Position numbers and translations under genes: made by a program. Below, piece by piece: positions 35,701 through 47,700 of a DNA stretch of 64,000 bases. The DNA lies in the NCBI RefSeq assembly GCF_963921235.1, contig NC_086097.1, forward strand, positions 202,990,001 to 203,054,000, written 5' to 3'. The stretch's first letter is position 1, and each line of letters begins with the position of its first letter. The notes below the pieces were generated by a model. It ran no database searches. It had not been told where the DNA came from and worked only from the letters and a program-made list of their open reading frames with translations. This stretch comes from Mobula hypostoma. Lineage: Eukaryota.

Positions 35701-38700
35701 AGACGTTTCTGCCAGCCTTGTACGAGGAGGGGGTAGAAAGTGAAAAGAAGGAATGTAATGAAACAGGAGGAAGTGGGGAAATTAAGGTAGATTTATCATT
35801 AGAAAAGAAGGACTTTATACAGGCACAGGAGCGAGACGAGGAAACAGCTCGCTGTGAAACAGAGTTAGGAAGAGAGCCAGCAGGCTATGGTGTGAAGGGG
35901 GAGGTGCTAAGGAAGGAAGGGAGACCAAGTACCGCAGATGAGGAATGGGGGATGGTGCCAAAAAATCTCTGGGGATGAGATTTTTAACCTGGCCCACAAG
36001 GTACCCTTCGGTGGACATTTTGAGGTGCTGAAGGAAACAGTCGGCGGAATCATGGAAGAGGTTTACCGGCTGCACAGGAGGAAGGATGTTATTGATTATG
36101 GCAGACGCGAACTGAGACGGTCACCAGGCTTTTGATATGCTAACAAACCTAGTCGGTGTTAGCGCGGAAATCAATGAAGCTAGGGTCCCCCTGATAAGAA
36201 AAAAAAACCATTTTGAAAAGATGAGTATGGTATCGACCAGATGGGAGAAGGCTATTGCTTTGGCCAGCTCTGCTGATAAGGTCTCTCCCTTAATCCCCGA
36301 ACAAAGCGACTCTTTAGGAGAAGTAATTAAATGGCTCGCACACTTGTGTTTGATTGTCCCGAGGCGATGGAAAGAACTGGGATGTTGGGTGGTGTTTATC
36401 ACGCTAGGTCAGCCTAGTGAGCAACACCCCTATAGAATGAGTAATTCAGTGACGAAAGGGCTAACGAACACAGAAGTGTATATTGGCGATGTAATATGGC
36501 TGTCCGAAGCCAGCTTGATAGTAAACCTTCAAAACAATGAGTTCGGCCACACGAAGGTCACTTATCTGGGAATTGTGGTAACACAGGGGCAGCTGGCAGC
36601 GATGCAAGCTGAGGTGCGGGCTATCTCTGACATCTCAACCCCGACAGACAAGAGGGCCCTCAGAAGGCTCTTGGAGATGGTGGGGTACTGTAGGAAGTTT
36701 TGCAATAACTCTGCGGTTACTACCCCTCCCCCTCCTACTAAGCCCTTGTGAGAGAAAACTAAGTCGGGATGGGACGACCCTTGTTATCGGGGTCCGGGAC
36801 GAAACCCAGTGAGAGGTTACACTGATCACAATTCATCAGTGTTTTCGGCCACTATGAAGTTGCTAAGTTGGAGCCTGGTTTAGGGGATTATTAAAAATTA
36901 CACATATAAAAGGAACGGAAAATGTGATTGCTGACTGTCTGTCAAGGTGTTGACAACTTAAAATTCTCTGTATTAGCCAAATAGCTGATGAAGATGTATA
37001 TTTCTGTGCATCTAATAATGTATTCATGTTTGTAATTTTTACCCCAGTAAAAATCCTTAAAGGTGAGGGGTGTGACGAAAGAGGGTTACAAAGAGTACCC
37101 ATAGATTAAGATGTTAACTGTCCTGTGCTGGCACCAGTGGGATCAACAGTTGGTCTGCCACCTGTCTTCAGGAGAAAGAGAGACAAGGAAGACAATGGAG
37201 CAGCATTTGGAAATGTTAATGAAAAAACGGGAGAGTTTAACGGAAGGAGACACGGTCTGAGAGCTGTCAAGATCGGCTCCTTTTTGAACCCTGAACTGTT
37301 TGAAGTGTGATGGACAGGCGATACCCCAGCAGGGGGATAAAAAGGGACAGGTTCGCTAAGGCAGCACACACGACACCACGAGGTAATGAGACCCTGGAAG
37401 TGGTGCGCCTCCCACAAGTCGGTGGGAGTTTTTGGAGGGCTGGTCGCGGGACCAAGCCATAGACGCACAGGGTGGAAAGGCACGATCGGCGGGAACCTGG
37501 TGTGTGTCTGCCCTTGCCTGGGTGCCAGGTTCACTGCAGAGGAACGATCGTATCTGAAACGGAGGGGTCATAGTCGGTGACCTCAAAAGACATTACAAAG
37601 GGCTCGCCCGAAAGCTGACTGCAAGGAATATCGAAGGTCTGTGTGGAAGCCGTTTTGAATATTCATTTGCTTTCGCCCTCTCTCTCCTCGCCCCCCCCGT
37701 CCAGCGGCACAGCAGTGATTACTGTGAACTGAACTGAACTCAATTGAACTGAACTTTGCGTCACTTTGAAACTGGTCATTTACCCCTAGACGAGAATAGA
37801 GCTTGATTGATCCTATTATCCCAGTTCTGTGTACATGTGTGTTTATCATTGCTGAACTGTTGCATTTATTATCCTTTTGGATTAGAGTACTGTGTTGCTT
37901 ATTTCTTTAATAAAACTTTCTTAGTTCCAGTAATCCAGACTCCAACTGAGTGGTCCATTTCTGCTGGTTTGGCAACCCAGTTACAGGGTACGTAACAATA
38001 TACACACATTCTTTTGCTCTCTCTCCTTCTTCTCTCTCTGTCCCCCTCACTATACCCCTTGCCCATCCTCTGGGTTTCCCCCCCTCCCCCTTTTCTTTCT
38101 CCCTAGGCCTCCTGTCTCATATCCCCTTTGCCAATCAACTGTCCAGCTCTTGGCTCCATCCCTCCCCCTCCTGTCTTCTCCTATCATTTTGGATCTCCCC
38201 CTCCCCCTCCCACTTTCAAATCTCTTACTAGCTCTTCTTTCAGTTAGTCCTGACAAAGGGTCTCGGCCCGAAACGTCGACTGTACCTCTTCCTATAGATA
38301 CCGCCTGGCCTGCTGCATTCACCAGCAACTTTTATGTGTGTTGCTTGAAATTCCAGCATCTGCAGATTTCCTCGTGTTTACAATGTCAACATTCATTTTG
38401 AGAGGACTGGAATATAAGTTCAAGGATGTAATGCTGAGGTTTTATAATGCATTGGTCAGACCACACTTGGAGTATTGTGAGCAGCTTTGGGCCCCTTAGC
38501 TAAGATTGGTGAGGTCCTAGAGGAGGCTCACGAGAACGATTCCAGGAATGAAAGGTTAACCTATGAAGAGCGTTTGATGGTTCTAGGCCTTTACTTGCTT
38601 GGAGTTTAGAAGAATAAGGGGGCATCTCATTGAAAACTACTGAATATTGAAAGGCCTAGAAAGAATGGACGTGGAGAATAGGTGTGTCTAGGACGTAGCC

Positions 38701-41700
38701 TCAGACTAGATGAAGGTCCATTTAGAACAGAGAGGAATTTCTGTAGCCAAAGGGTGGTGAATCTGTGGAAATCATTACCACAGACGGCTGTGGAGGGCAA
38801 GTCATTGAGTACATTTAAAGCGGAGGTTGATAGGCTCTTGGTTAGTCAGGGCATCATAGGTTATAGGGACAGAGCAAAAGAATAAGATTGAGAGAGCTAA
38901 TAAATCAGTCATGTTGGAATAGTGGGGCAGACTTAATGGGTCAAATGGCCTAATTCTGCCTGTATGCCTTATGGTCTTATGGACTTCCTATTTCCCTTCT
39001 GACATATCTGTCCAGTGCCTCCTTTACCATCACAATGAAGCCTTCAGGTTGGAGGAGCAACATCTCATATTCCATCACCATCTGGTATGGAGGGGCTACT
39101 GCACAGGATCGGAGTGAGCTGCAGAGATTTGTAAAATCAGTCAGATCCACCATGGGCACTAGCCTTCATAATCTCCACGACACCTTCAAGAAGCAGTGTC
39201 TCAACAAGGCGGCACCCAGCATTAAGGACCCCCACCACCTATGTTATCATGTACCGCTGCCGCAAAGTTAACAAATTTCACACCATATTGTATGCCGGTG
39301 ATAATAATCCCGATTCTGATTCTGCTCCTGATCTAAGTATCCTCCAATCTGATAGCATGGATATATTGTGATTTCTCTCATCTCTGGTAATTACTCCTGT
39401 TCTCCCCCACCCCTCTCTTCTTCCATTCCCTGTTCTGGTTACCCTCTCACCCTTTTCTTCTTATCCCTTTCCCTCACGATCTACCCATCACTTTCCTCTG
39501 GTTCCCACCTCCTTTATTCCATGGTCGACTATTCTCTCCCATTAGACTCCCTATTTTTTATCCTTTTACTTCTTCCATCTATCCTCTCCCAGCTTATTGC
39601 ATCATCCCTGCCCCCCCCCCCACCCATCCACCTATCTCCCCCCGACCTAGTCTCAGCTGCAGCTTGTACTCCTTCCCCCATCTTCCTATTCTGGCTTCTG
39701 CCCGCTTCTTTTCCAGTCTTGTTGAAGAGTCTCGGCCCAAAATGTCAAATTTTTATTTCCTTCCATAGATGCTACCTGACTTACTGCATTTCTCCAGCAC
39801 TTTGTATGCATTGCTCAAAATTTCCAGCATCTGCAGAATCTCGTGTGGCCCTTTCTCATGGCATTTTACCATGCAATCGTACAAGGTGTGACACCAGGCT
39901 GTTTACCTTACAGCTTTCCATCATCCAGGGACTCCAAACTGCAACCAGGTAAACATGTGATTCACCTGTACTACTTCCAACTTAGTGAATTGCACTGGTT
40001 GCTCACAATATCCTCTCTAATACATTAGAGAAACCTAATCAGTTTACCACTTTGGAGATCATGTCCATTCAGTCTGCAGGGGTAACCCTTAATCTGTCGC
40101 TTTAATTCTCTACCCCATTCTCTCTTTGCCCACCACCCAGGCCATGCCCCCTTCTCATGATGACCATCAGAGAGGAGGTTTAGAAGCCTAAAGATACACA
40201 CTCAATGTTTTAGGAAGAGCTTCTTTCCCTCTGCCATCAGATTTCTAAATAGGCAATGAACCCATGACTACTATCTCGCTACTATTTATATACACACACA
40301 CACACATATTATATATATATATATACACACACACACATACATACATATACACATACACACACAGTATTCCTTATTGTAATTTATAGTATATTTTATGTAG
40401 TGCACTTACTGTGAAATTTCACTACAGATGTCAATTATAATAAACCTGATTATGATTCTGATTCTCTTCCAGCAATGTAGTCTAAACTTTAGGAATAATG
40501 TTTCAACTTCTAACTAGTAACACTATAGCCCTCAAAATTCAACACTTATCCCAACACCTTTCTGCTTTGTGTCAGAAATGGCCAATTCTGATTTAATTTA
40601 TCAACTTTGTATACCACTTGTTTTCCTCTCTATGGATATGGCCTAACCTGTTCGGCTTGAGCATCCTCTCCTACTTCAGATTTCCAGCAACAGGCACAAT
40701 CTGTATTTCACAGTTCCAGTACAATTTCCTCTCTTGTGTTTGCCCTCTCTGAACACCTTCTCCAGACAGATTAGCTACCTTTTGAAAGCATTCATCACCC
40801 TTTCTCAGAGCTCCAAAACTGTGCCACCCATTTTCCTTGTAATTTCATCCCATTACTGATATTTCTTTTACTCTGCCACTGCATCCTCTTCCCTTCAACT
40901 TCAAGCATACCAGTTCCCTAACATTTCAAAGATTCAAAGTATATTTATTATCAAAGTATGTATGCACTACGCAACTCTGAGATTTATTTGTCTTTCCCAT
41001 AGACTGCCAAGAAACAAAGAACCATGGAACCTGTTCAAAGAAAAAAAACATCAACCCTCTTCCCCACCCATGCACAAATGGCAATAAAAAAAGAGCAAAA
41101 ACACCGAATATAAAACGCAAAATCAAAAGGCATATTTCAGTTCAGCTCAGTGTTCATTATCTGCAAGCCACCCCATTCAAAATCGCCTAAACTAGCAACA
41201 AAAAAAAGGAGTGACCAGAAAGAACACATCATAAGAGTGAATCAGAGTCCACAATCCACAAACCGTGATTAACCCTTGCTCCGCCACCATGCTCCCACAG
41301 CATCAAGAGAGAGAGAGAAATTCAGACTCTGTTTCTTGCTGCACGGGTGCTACCTGACCCGCGCAGTGTTTGTAGCATCTGCAGTTTTTCGTTTAAGTTC
41401 TGCATCTGTTGGTGCTTTATCTGATAGGACAGGGGTGGGACTTCTGAAATGGTTTTCATCAAAGCGGTTATACAAAATTGTACTAACCAGATTAAGTACT
41501 AGTTGTGGAAGGTCACCATGATAGGATGAGTGCCTTGGACCTCATGGTGAGCTCCAGCGTATAGTAATGGTAGCACTAACAAGAGAACACAGAAGAAGTG
41601 GCAGCTGATATTAAGGAGGCCAAATTTTACTTCATTCAAGGTAGCTGACATTGCTGTCTTTTGAGAGAACCAGGCCACCAATCTTGTTTCCAATGCAGAA

Positions 41701-44700
41701 TCATTGGTAAGAAAGGAACAGCATGATGTTCTTTATTGAATGGTTGTTTTGGAAGATAACACCATAGAATACAGGGATAACTGTAACTGGGACATTAAAG
41801 GTTCACAGTAAAAGCTGAGGAGAAAATAATTTACTGACAAAGAGTGATCACATATGCAAAACATAACATAGAATAACCCTGTAATTTTCCTTTTAAATCC
41901 ATTTAGGTGATGAAAAATATCAAGACTATTGTAGTCCAGTAACCTTTTAAGTTCAGCAAAAACAAAATTTTCAGCATAGTAACAAGGCAATTTGCTCAAC
42001 AGATTAATATCAATCCATCCATGCAATCTTACCCCGCCCTGTCAGCATATTCTTCCATTCTTCTCTCTCCTTACTTAATTATTTTGTTAAGTGTTTAATG
42101 CCAGTTAACTGAATCATTCTCAAGCTTGTCGGCTGGTAGTCAGGTGAGCAACATACCAGAAATGTATGATCTTTAATGTGTGGATGATGTGCCAATCGTC
42201 CATTTCCAATATGAAAGGAAAATGCCTTCTCACCTCCTTGAACATTTTTCAATTTGCTTCACACATCAGTTTAGCCACAGTATATAAAATTAGTCCTGAT
42301 GAAGGGTCTCGGCCTGAAACGTCGACTGTACCTCTTCCTAGAGATGCTGCCTGGCCTGCTGAGTTCACCAGCAACTTTGATGTGTGTTACATTGTTTAAC
42401 ATCTATTTCACAGGAATTGTTATGATCACTTATTGCTGATAAAATGGAAATAACTGTTCCAATACCATACCGATTAGTGATTATGTCATCCCAGACGCTC
42501 ATGGGATCCATCTTTGGCTCCGGGTATCGACCTGTCCAAGTCCTTATCAACTTTCGGAGAGGTTTTTCAGAGGTTAAATTGTCTGCAAAAAAAAATGTAA
42601 CGCTTATTCCATAAAAATGGACTCATAAACTGGATGGAAACATTAAGGTATAACTAATGAAATAGATTAACATGATATCCCTGAACACCAAAGTTAATAG
42701 CTGGTCAAAGTTCAGATGCTTGCTAAGGTTCAAATTCAAGTTTGTCGTACATGTATACAACCAAAAGCAACACATTACTCCAGACCACAGGGCACCCACA
42801 AAACCTCTATGACGCACAGCACATAAAACAAAGTATTACCACAAATAAGTTAATTAAATATAATTTAAAGTGCATATAGTGTGCAGGACAGGTAAACACT
42901 GAGCAGTACAGTAAACAGCTCACTGTCCTAGTGACGAGATCTCAGTGCTGACAGAGGATCCATTTGTCTCACAGCCTGAAGAAAGGAGCTGTTACTCCTG
43001 TATCTTCTCTCCAGGTTTACTACATGCATAAGGGTTTGGAACAGGACTTCCTTCACTATTTTATACCTTAGCTTGCAGGGAATGCAAAGGCACCATTACC
43101 AGAGGTGGAGAAAGGAATGAGGAATGTCAGTTAGGCATGAAAAGGAGAGAAGAGTATTTCAGCAGGTAATAGGTAGGCTAAAGGCTTACTACTGGGTTTT
43201 TAACGACGGAAACGACTTGAGACTGGCAGATCACCTTAGCTGAACGAAGTACAGCTGCCCCAAGCAACCACGTCAAACAACATACTATGGAGGAGGTCAA
43301 GAGAGGCATCAGAATTATGAAACTCTTTTGTTGACAGAAGATGGATAAAGAGTAATCCTAGAAATGAAATTATGATTTTAACATCTTCATCAGTCTCCCT
43401 TCTTATTGCTAGTTATTTTATCAGTAATATTTTTCATTGAAAGTGTCCATAAAGTTTTGGGATGCTTCCTAGTAGTTCAGTCATATTGAGTGTAATCTCT
43501 ACTCTTAGTGAAGTGTTTCTTTAAGTTTTTTGAGGTGTAATACACTAGATGCTCAGATTTCCCCAATTACACAGAAAAAGTCTACATAATTCCTCTATTC
43601 ATAGCAAACACAGGCAAAGCAAAGGGAAAACACTTTGTTTTCCAAGGCCACAAGACTGATCATTGGTAATAACATTCCAAACTAATCTCAAGGTTATCTG
43701 ATCCAGATTAAAAGACAATCTCTGACATAAATGTCTGCCATTATTCATCCTGCTATGAGATAAAACATAAATATTTGTGGTATGTTGGTCACAAGACCTT
43801 GGTTTATTCTTAAAGGGGTAGAGGCTCCATGAATAATTTATTTTTAGTTTGACCAGGGTGTGATGATACAGTTCAATATAATTCAAGTTGCCTTGCAGGT
43901 TGAGATAAAAGAATTTTTTAAAAAGGCCAAAAGAGTCACAGAAATACAGCACAGAAACAGGCCCATCAGCCAACCAAGTCTGTGATGACCATCAATAACC
44001 CATTTACACTAATCCACCATTAATCCCATACTTCCAGACATAATCCTAACATACTGATGCAGCTATAAAGAAGACAAAGTAGTGACTATATTTCATCGGG
44101 AGATTTGATCTGTCACCTAAAACACTTGAAAACTTCCACAGAGGTACCATAGACAGCATTCTGACTGGCTACATCACTGTTTAGTATGGGGGCGGGGGTG
44201 TCGGGGGCTACTGCACAAGACTGAAGTAAGCTGCAGAGAATTGTAAAATTAGCCAGCTCCGTCATAGGCACCAGCTTTAATAGTATCCAGGTGATCTTCA
44301 AGGACCAGTGCCTCAGAAAGCTAGAATCTATCATTAAGGACCCCCACCAACCAGGATATGCCCTTTTCTCACTGCTACCATCAGGAAGGAGGCACAGAAG
44401 TCTAAAGGCACACATTCAGCAATTCAGGGACAGCTTCTTCCCCTTTGCCGTCTGATTTCTAAATGGACATTAAACCAATGAACACTACCATAAGACAAAG
44501 GAGCAGACGTTGGCCATTTGGCCCATCGAGACTGCTCCACCATTTTATCATGAGCTGATCCATTCTCCCATTTAGTCCCACTCCCCCGCCTTCTCACCAT
44601 AACCTTTGATGCCCTGGCTACTCAGATACCTATCAATCTCTGCCTTAAATACACCCAATGACTTGGCCTCCACTGCCGCCCGTGGCAACAAATTCTATAG

Positions 44701-47700
44701 GTTCACCACCCTCCGGCTAAAAAAATTTCTTCGCATCTCTGTTCCGAATGGGCGCCCTTCAATTCTTAAGTCATGCCCTCTCATACGAGACTCCCCCATC
44801 ATGAGAAATAACTTTGCCATATCCACTCTTTCCATGCCTTTCAACATTCGAAATGTTTCTATGAGGTCTCCCATTCTTCTAAATTCCAAGGAATATAGTC
44901 CAAGAGCAGACAAATGTTCCTCATATGTTAACCCTCTCATTCCTGGAATCATTCTACTGAATCTTCTCTGTACCCTCACCAACGTCAGCACATCCTTTCT
45001 TAAATAAGGAAACCCGCAACATCACATCCCTGCTCCGATACTCTATTCCCCTAGAAATGAATGCCAACATTGCATTCGCCTTCTTCACCACCGACTCAAC
45101 CTGGAGGTTATCCTTAAGGGTGTCCTGTATGAGGACTCCCAAGTCCTGTTGCATCTCCGAACTTTGAATTCTCTCTCCATTTAAATGACAGTCTGCCCGT
45201 TTATTTCTTCTGTCAAAGTGCATAACCATACACTTCCCAACATTGTATTTCATTTGCCACTTCTCTGCCCATTCTCCCAACCTATCCAAGTCTCTCTGCA
45301 GACTCTCTGTTTCCTCAGCACTACCGGCCCCTCCACCTACCTTCGTATCATCAGCAAACTTAGCCACAAAGCCATCTATTCCATAATCCAAATCGTTGAT
45401 GTACAATGTAAAAAGAAGTGGCCCCAACACGGACCCCCGTGGAACACCACTGGTAACTGGCAACCAACCAGAATAGGAACCAGAATAGGATTCCAGAATA
45501 GAAACTCTGTTTCCTGCCAATTAGCCAATACTCTATCCACGTATGTAACTTTCCCGTAATTCCATGGGCTCTTATCTTGTTAAGTAGCCTCATGTGTGGC
45601 ACCCTGTCAAAGGCCTTCTGAAAATCCAAATATACAACATCCACTGCATCTCCCTTGTCTAGCCTACTTGTAATTTTCTCAAAAATTGTAATAGGTTTGT
45701 CAGACAGGATTTTCCTTTAAGGAATCCATGCTGAGTTCTGCCTATCTTGCATGTGCCTCCAGGTACTCTGTAACCTCATCCTTGACAATCAACTCCAACA
45801 ACTTACCAACCACCGATGTCAAGCTAACAGGTCTATAATTTCCATTTTGCTTCCTTGCCCCCTTCTTAAATAGCGGAGTGACATTTGCAATCTTCCAGTC
45901 CTCTGGAACCACGCCGGAATCTACCGACTTTTGAAAGATCATCGCCAATGCCTCTGCAATCCCCACAGCTACTTCCTTCAGAAAACAAGAGTGCATTCCA
46001 TCTGGTCCAGGAGATTTATCTACCTTTAGACTATTCAGCTTCCTGAGTACTTTCTCCATCGTAATTGTGACTGTGCACACATCTCTTCCCTGCCACCCCT
46101 GAGTGTCCGGTATACTGCTGATGTCTTCCTCAGGAAAGACATGCAAAATACTCATTCAGTTCCTCCACCATCTCCTTATTTCTCGTTACAATTTCTCCAG
46201 CATCATTTTTTATCAGTCCTATATCTACTCTCACCTGTCTTTTACTCTTTATATACTTGAAAAAACTTTTAGTATCCTCTTTGATATTATTTGCTAGCTT
46301 CCTTTCGTAGTTAATCTTTTCCCTCTTAATGACCTTCTTAGTTTCCTTTTGCAAGCTTTTAAAAACTTCCCAATCCTCTGTCTTCCCACTAATTTTTGCT
46401 TCCTTGTATGCCCTCTCCTTTGCTTTAACTTTGGCTTTAACTTCTCTTGTCAGCCACGGTTGCATCCTTTTTCCATTCGAACATTTCTTCTTTTTTGGAA
46501 TATACCTGTCTTGCACCTTCCTCACTTCTCACATAAACTCCAGCCACTGCTGCTCTGCCATCCTTCCTGCCAGTGTCCCTTTCCAGTCAACTTTGGCCAG
46601 TTCCTCTCTCATGCCACTGTAATTTCCTTTACTCCAGTGAAATACCGACACATCAGATTTCGGCTTCTCTTTTTCAAATTTCACAGTGAACTCAATCATG
46701 TTATGATCACTGCCTCCTAAGGGTTCCTTCACCTCAATCTCTCTAATCACTTCCGGTTTATTACACAATACCCAATCCAGTACAGCCGATCCCCTAGTGG
46801 GCTCAACAACAAGCTGCTCTAAAAAGCCATCTCGCAGACATTCTACAAATTCTCTCTCTTCAGATCCAGTGCCGACCTGATTTTCCCAATCTACTCGCAT
46901 TACTACCTCACTACTTTTTAAAAAAATTTTTGTTTTTGCACTATTTATTTTAACTGTTTGATATACATATATAATGACTAATTCAGCTTACTACATCATC
47001 ATGTATTGCATTGTACTGCTGATACAGTTAACAAGTTTCATGACAAATGCTGGTAATATTAAACCTGATTCTGATTCTTTTTTCCCCTCACATTCTCATC
47101 AATTTTTAAGATGGTGCTGATAAGTGGTGATGGGAATCATCAAATATTCCCGTTTGGAACTACTACAGCTGAAATCTACAGTCACAGCCATGTGTATTTC
47201 AGGAAGCAACATCGTTTTAAGACCATAAGACACAGAAGCAGAATTAGGCCATTTGGCCCATCGAGTCTGCTGCTGCATATCATCATGGCTGATCCATTTT
47301 TCCTCTTAGCCACAATCTTCTGCTTTCTCCCCTTATCCTTTCATGCCCTGACCAATCAAGAATCTATCAACATCTGCCTTAAATATACATACAGACCTGG
47401 GCCTCCACAGCTGCCTGTGGCAATGAACTCCATATTCGCCACTCTCTGGCTAAAGAAATTCCTCCTTGTCTCCATTCTAAAAGGACGCCCCTCTATTCTG
47501 AGGCTGCATCCTCTGGTCTTAGACTCTACCACCGTAGGAAATATGCTCTCCTCATCCACTTGATCAAGGCCTTTCACCATTCGATAGGTTTCAGTGCGGT
47601 CACATCACAGGATAACACGATAGTCAGGAGCGGGGTCCTAAGGCCTCTGAGTTTCAGTGAGGTCACATCACAGGATAACACGATAGTCAGGAGTGGGGAC

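Larger units (their letters stand above)
32977..37997 (+). mobile_element. Gmr1-like Ty3/Gypsy LTR retrotransposon, internally deleted and non-autonomous
   Basis: LTRs 32977-33912 and 37071-37997 (TG...CA); TSD atat; gag with [14 protein letters not shown]; protease RDTGA; then integrase remnant (AHKVPFGGH), RT remnant (VYIGD, VTYLG) and RNase H remnant ([14 protein letters not shown]). Confidence 0.92.
32886..38380 (+). mobile_element. Younger PLE pLTR with a short inverted 5' piece, split by the Gypsy element; hammerhead at 38241-38282 with G8>A
   Basis: accccatccgttatttatttatat before the LTR continues as atatacacacattc after it; ends atttcctcgtgttt. Confidence 0.85.
32395..39850 (+). mobile_element. 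Old PLE fragment split by a CR1 (about 32510-38980) and a Rex1 piece (about 39075-39325)
   Basis: GIY-YIG sequence ...cccatttcaattcaact (32503) continues as acttcctatttcccttctgacat (38983) and again at 39333; decayed hammerhead at about 39714-39750. Confidence 0.7.
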
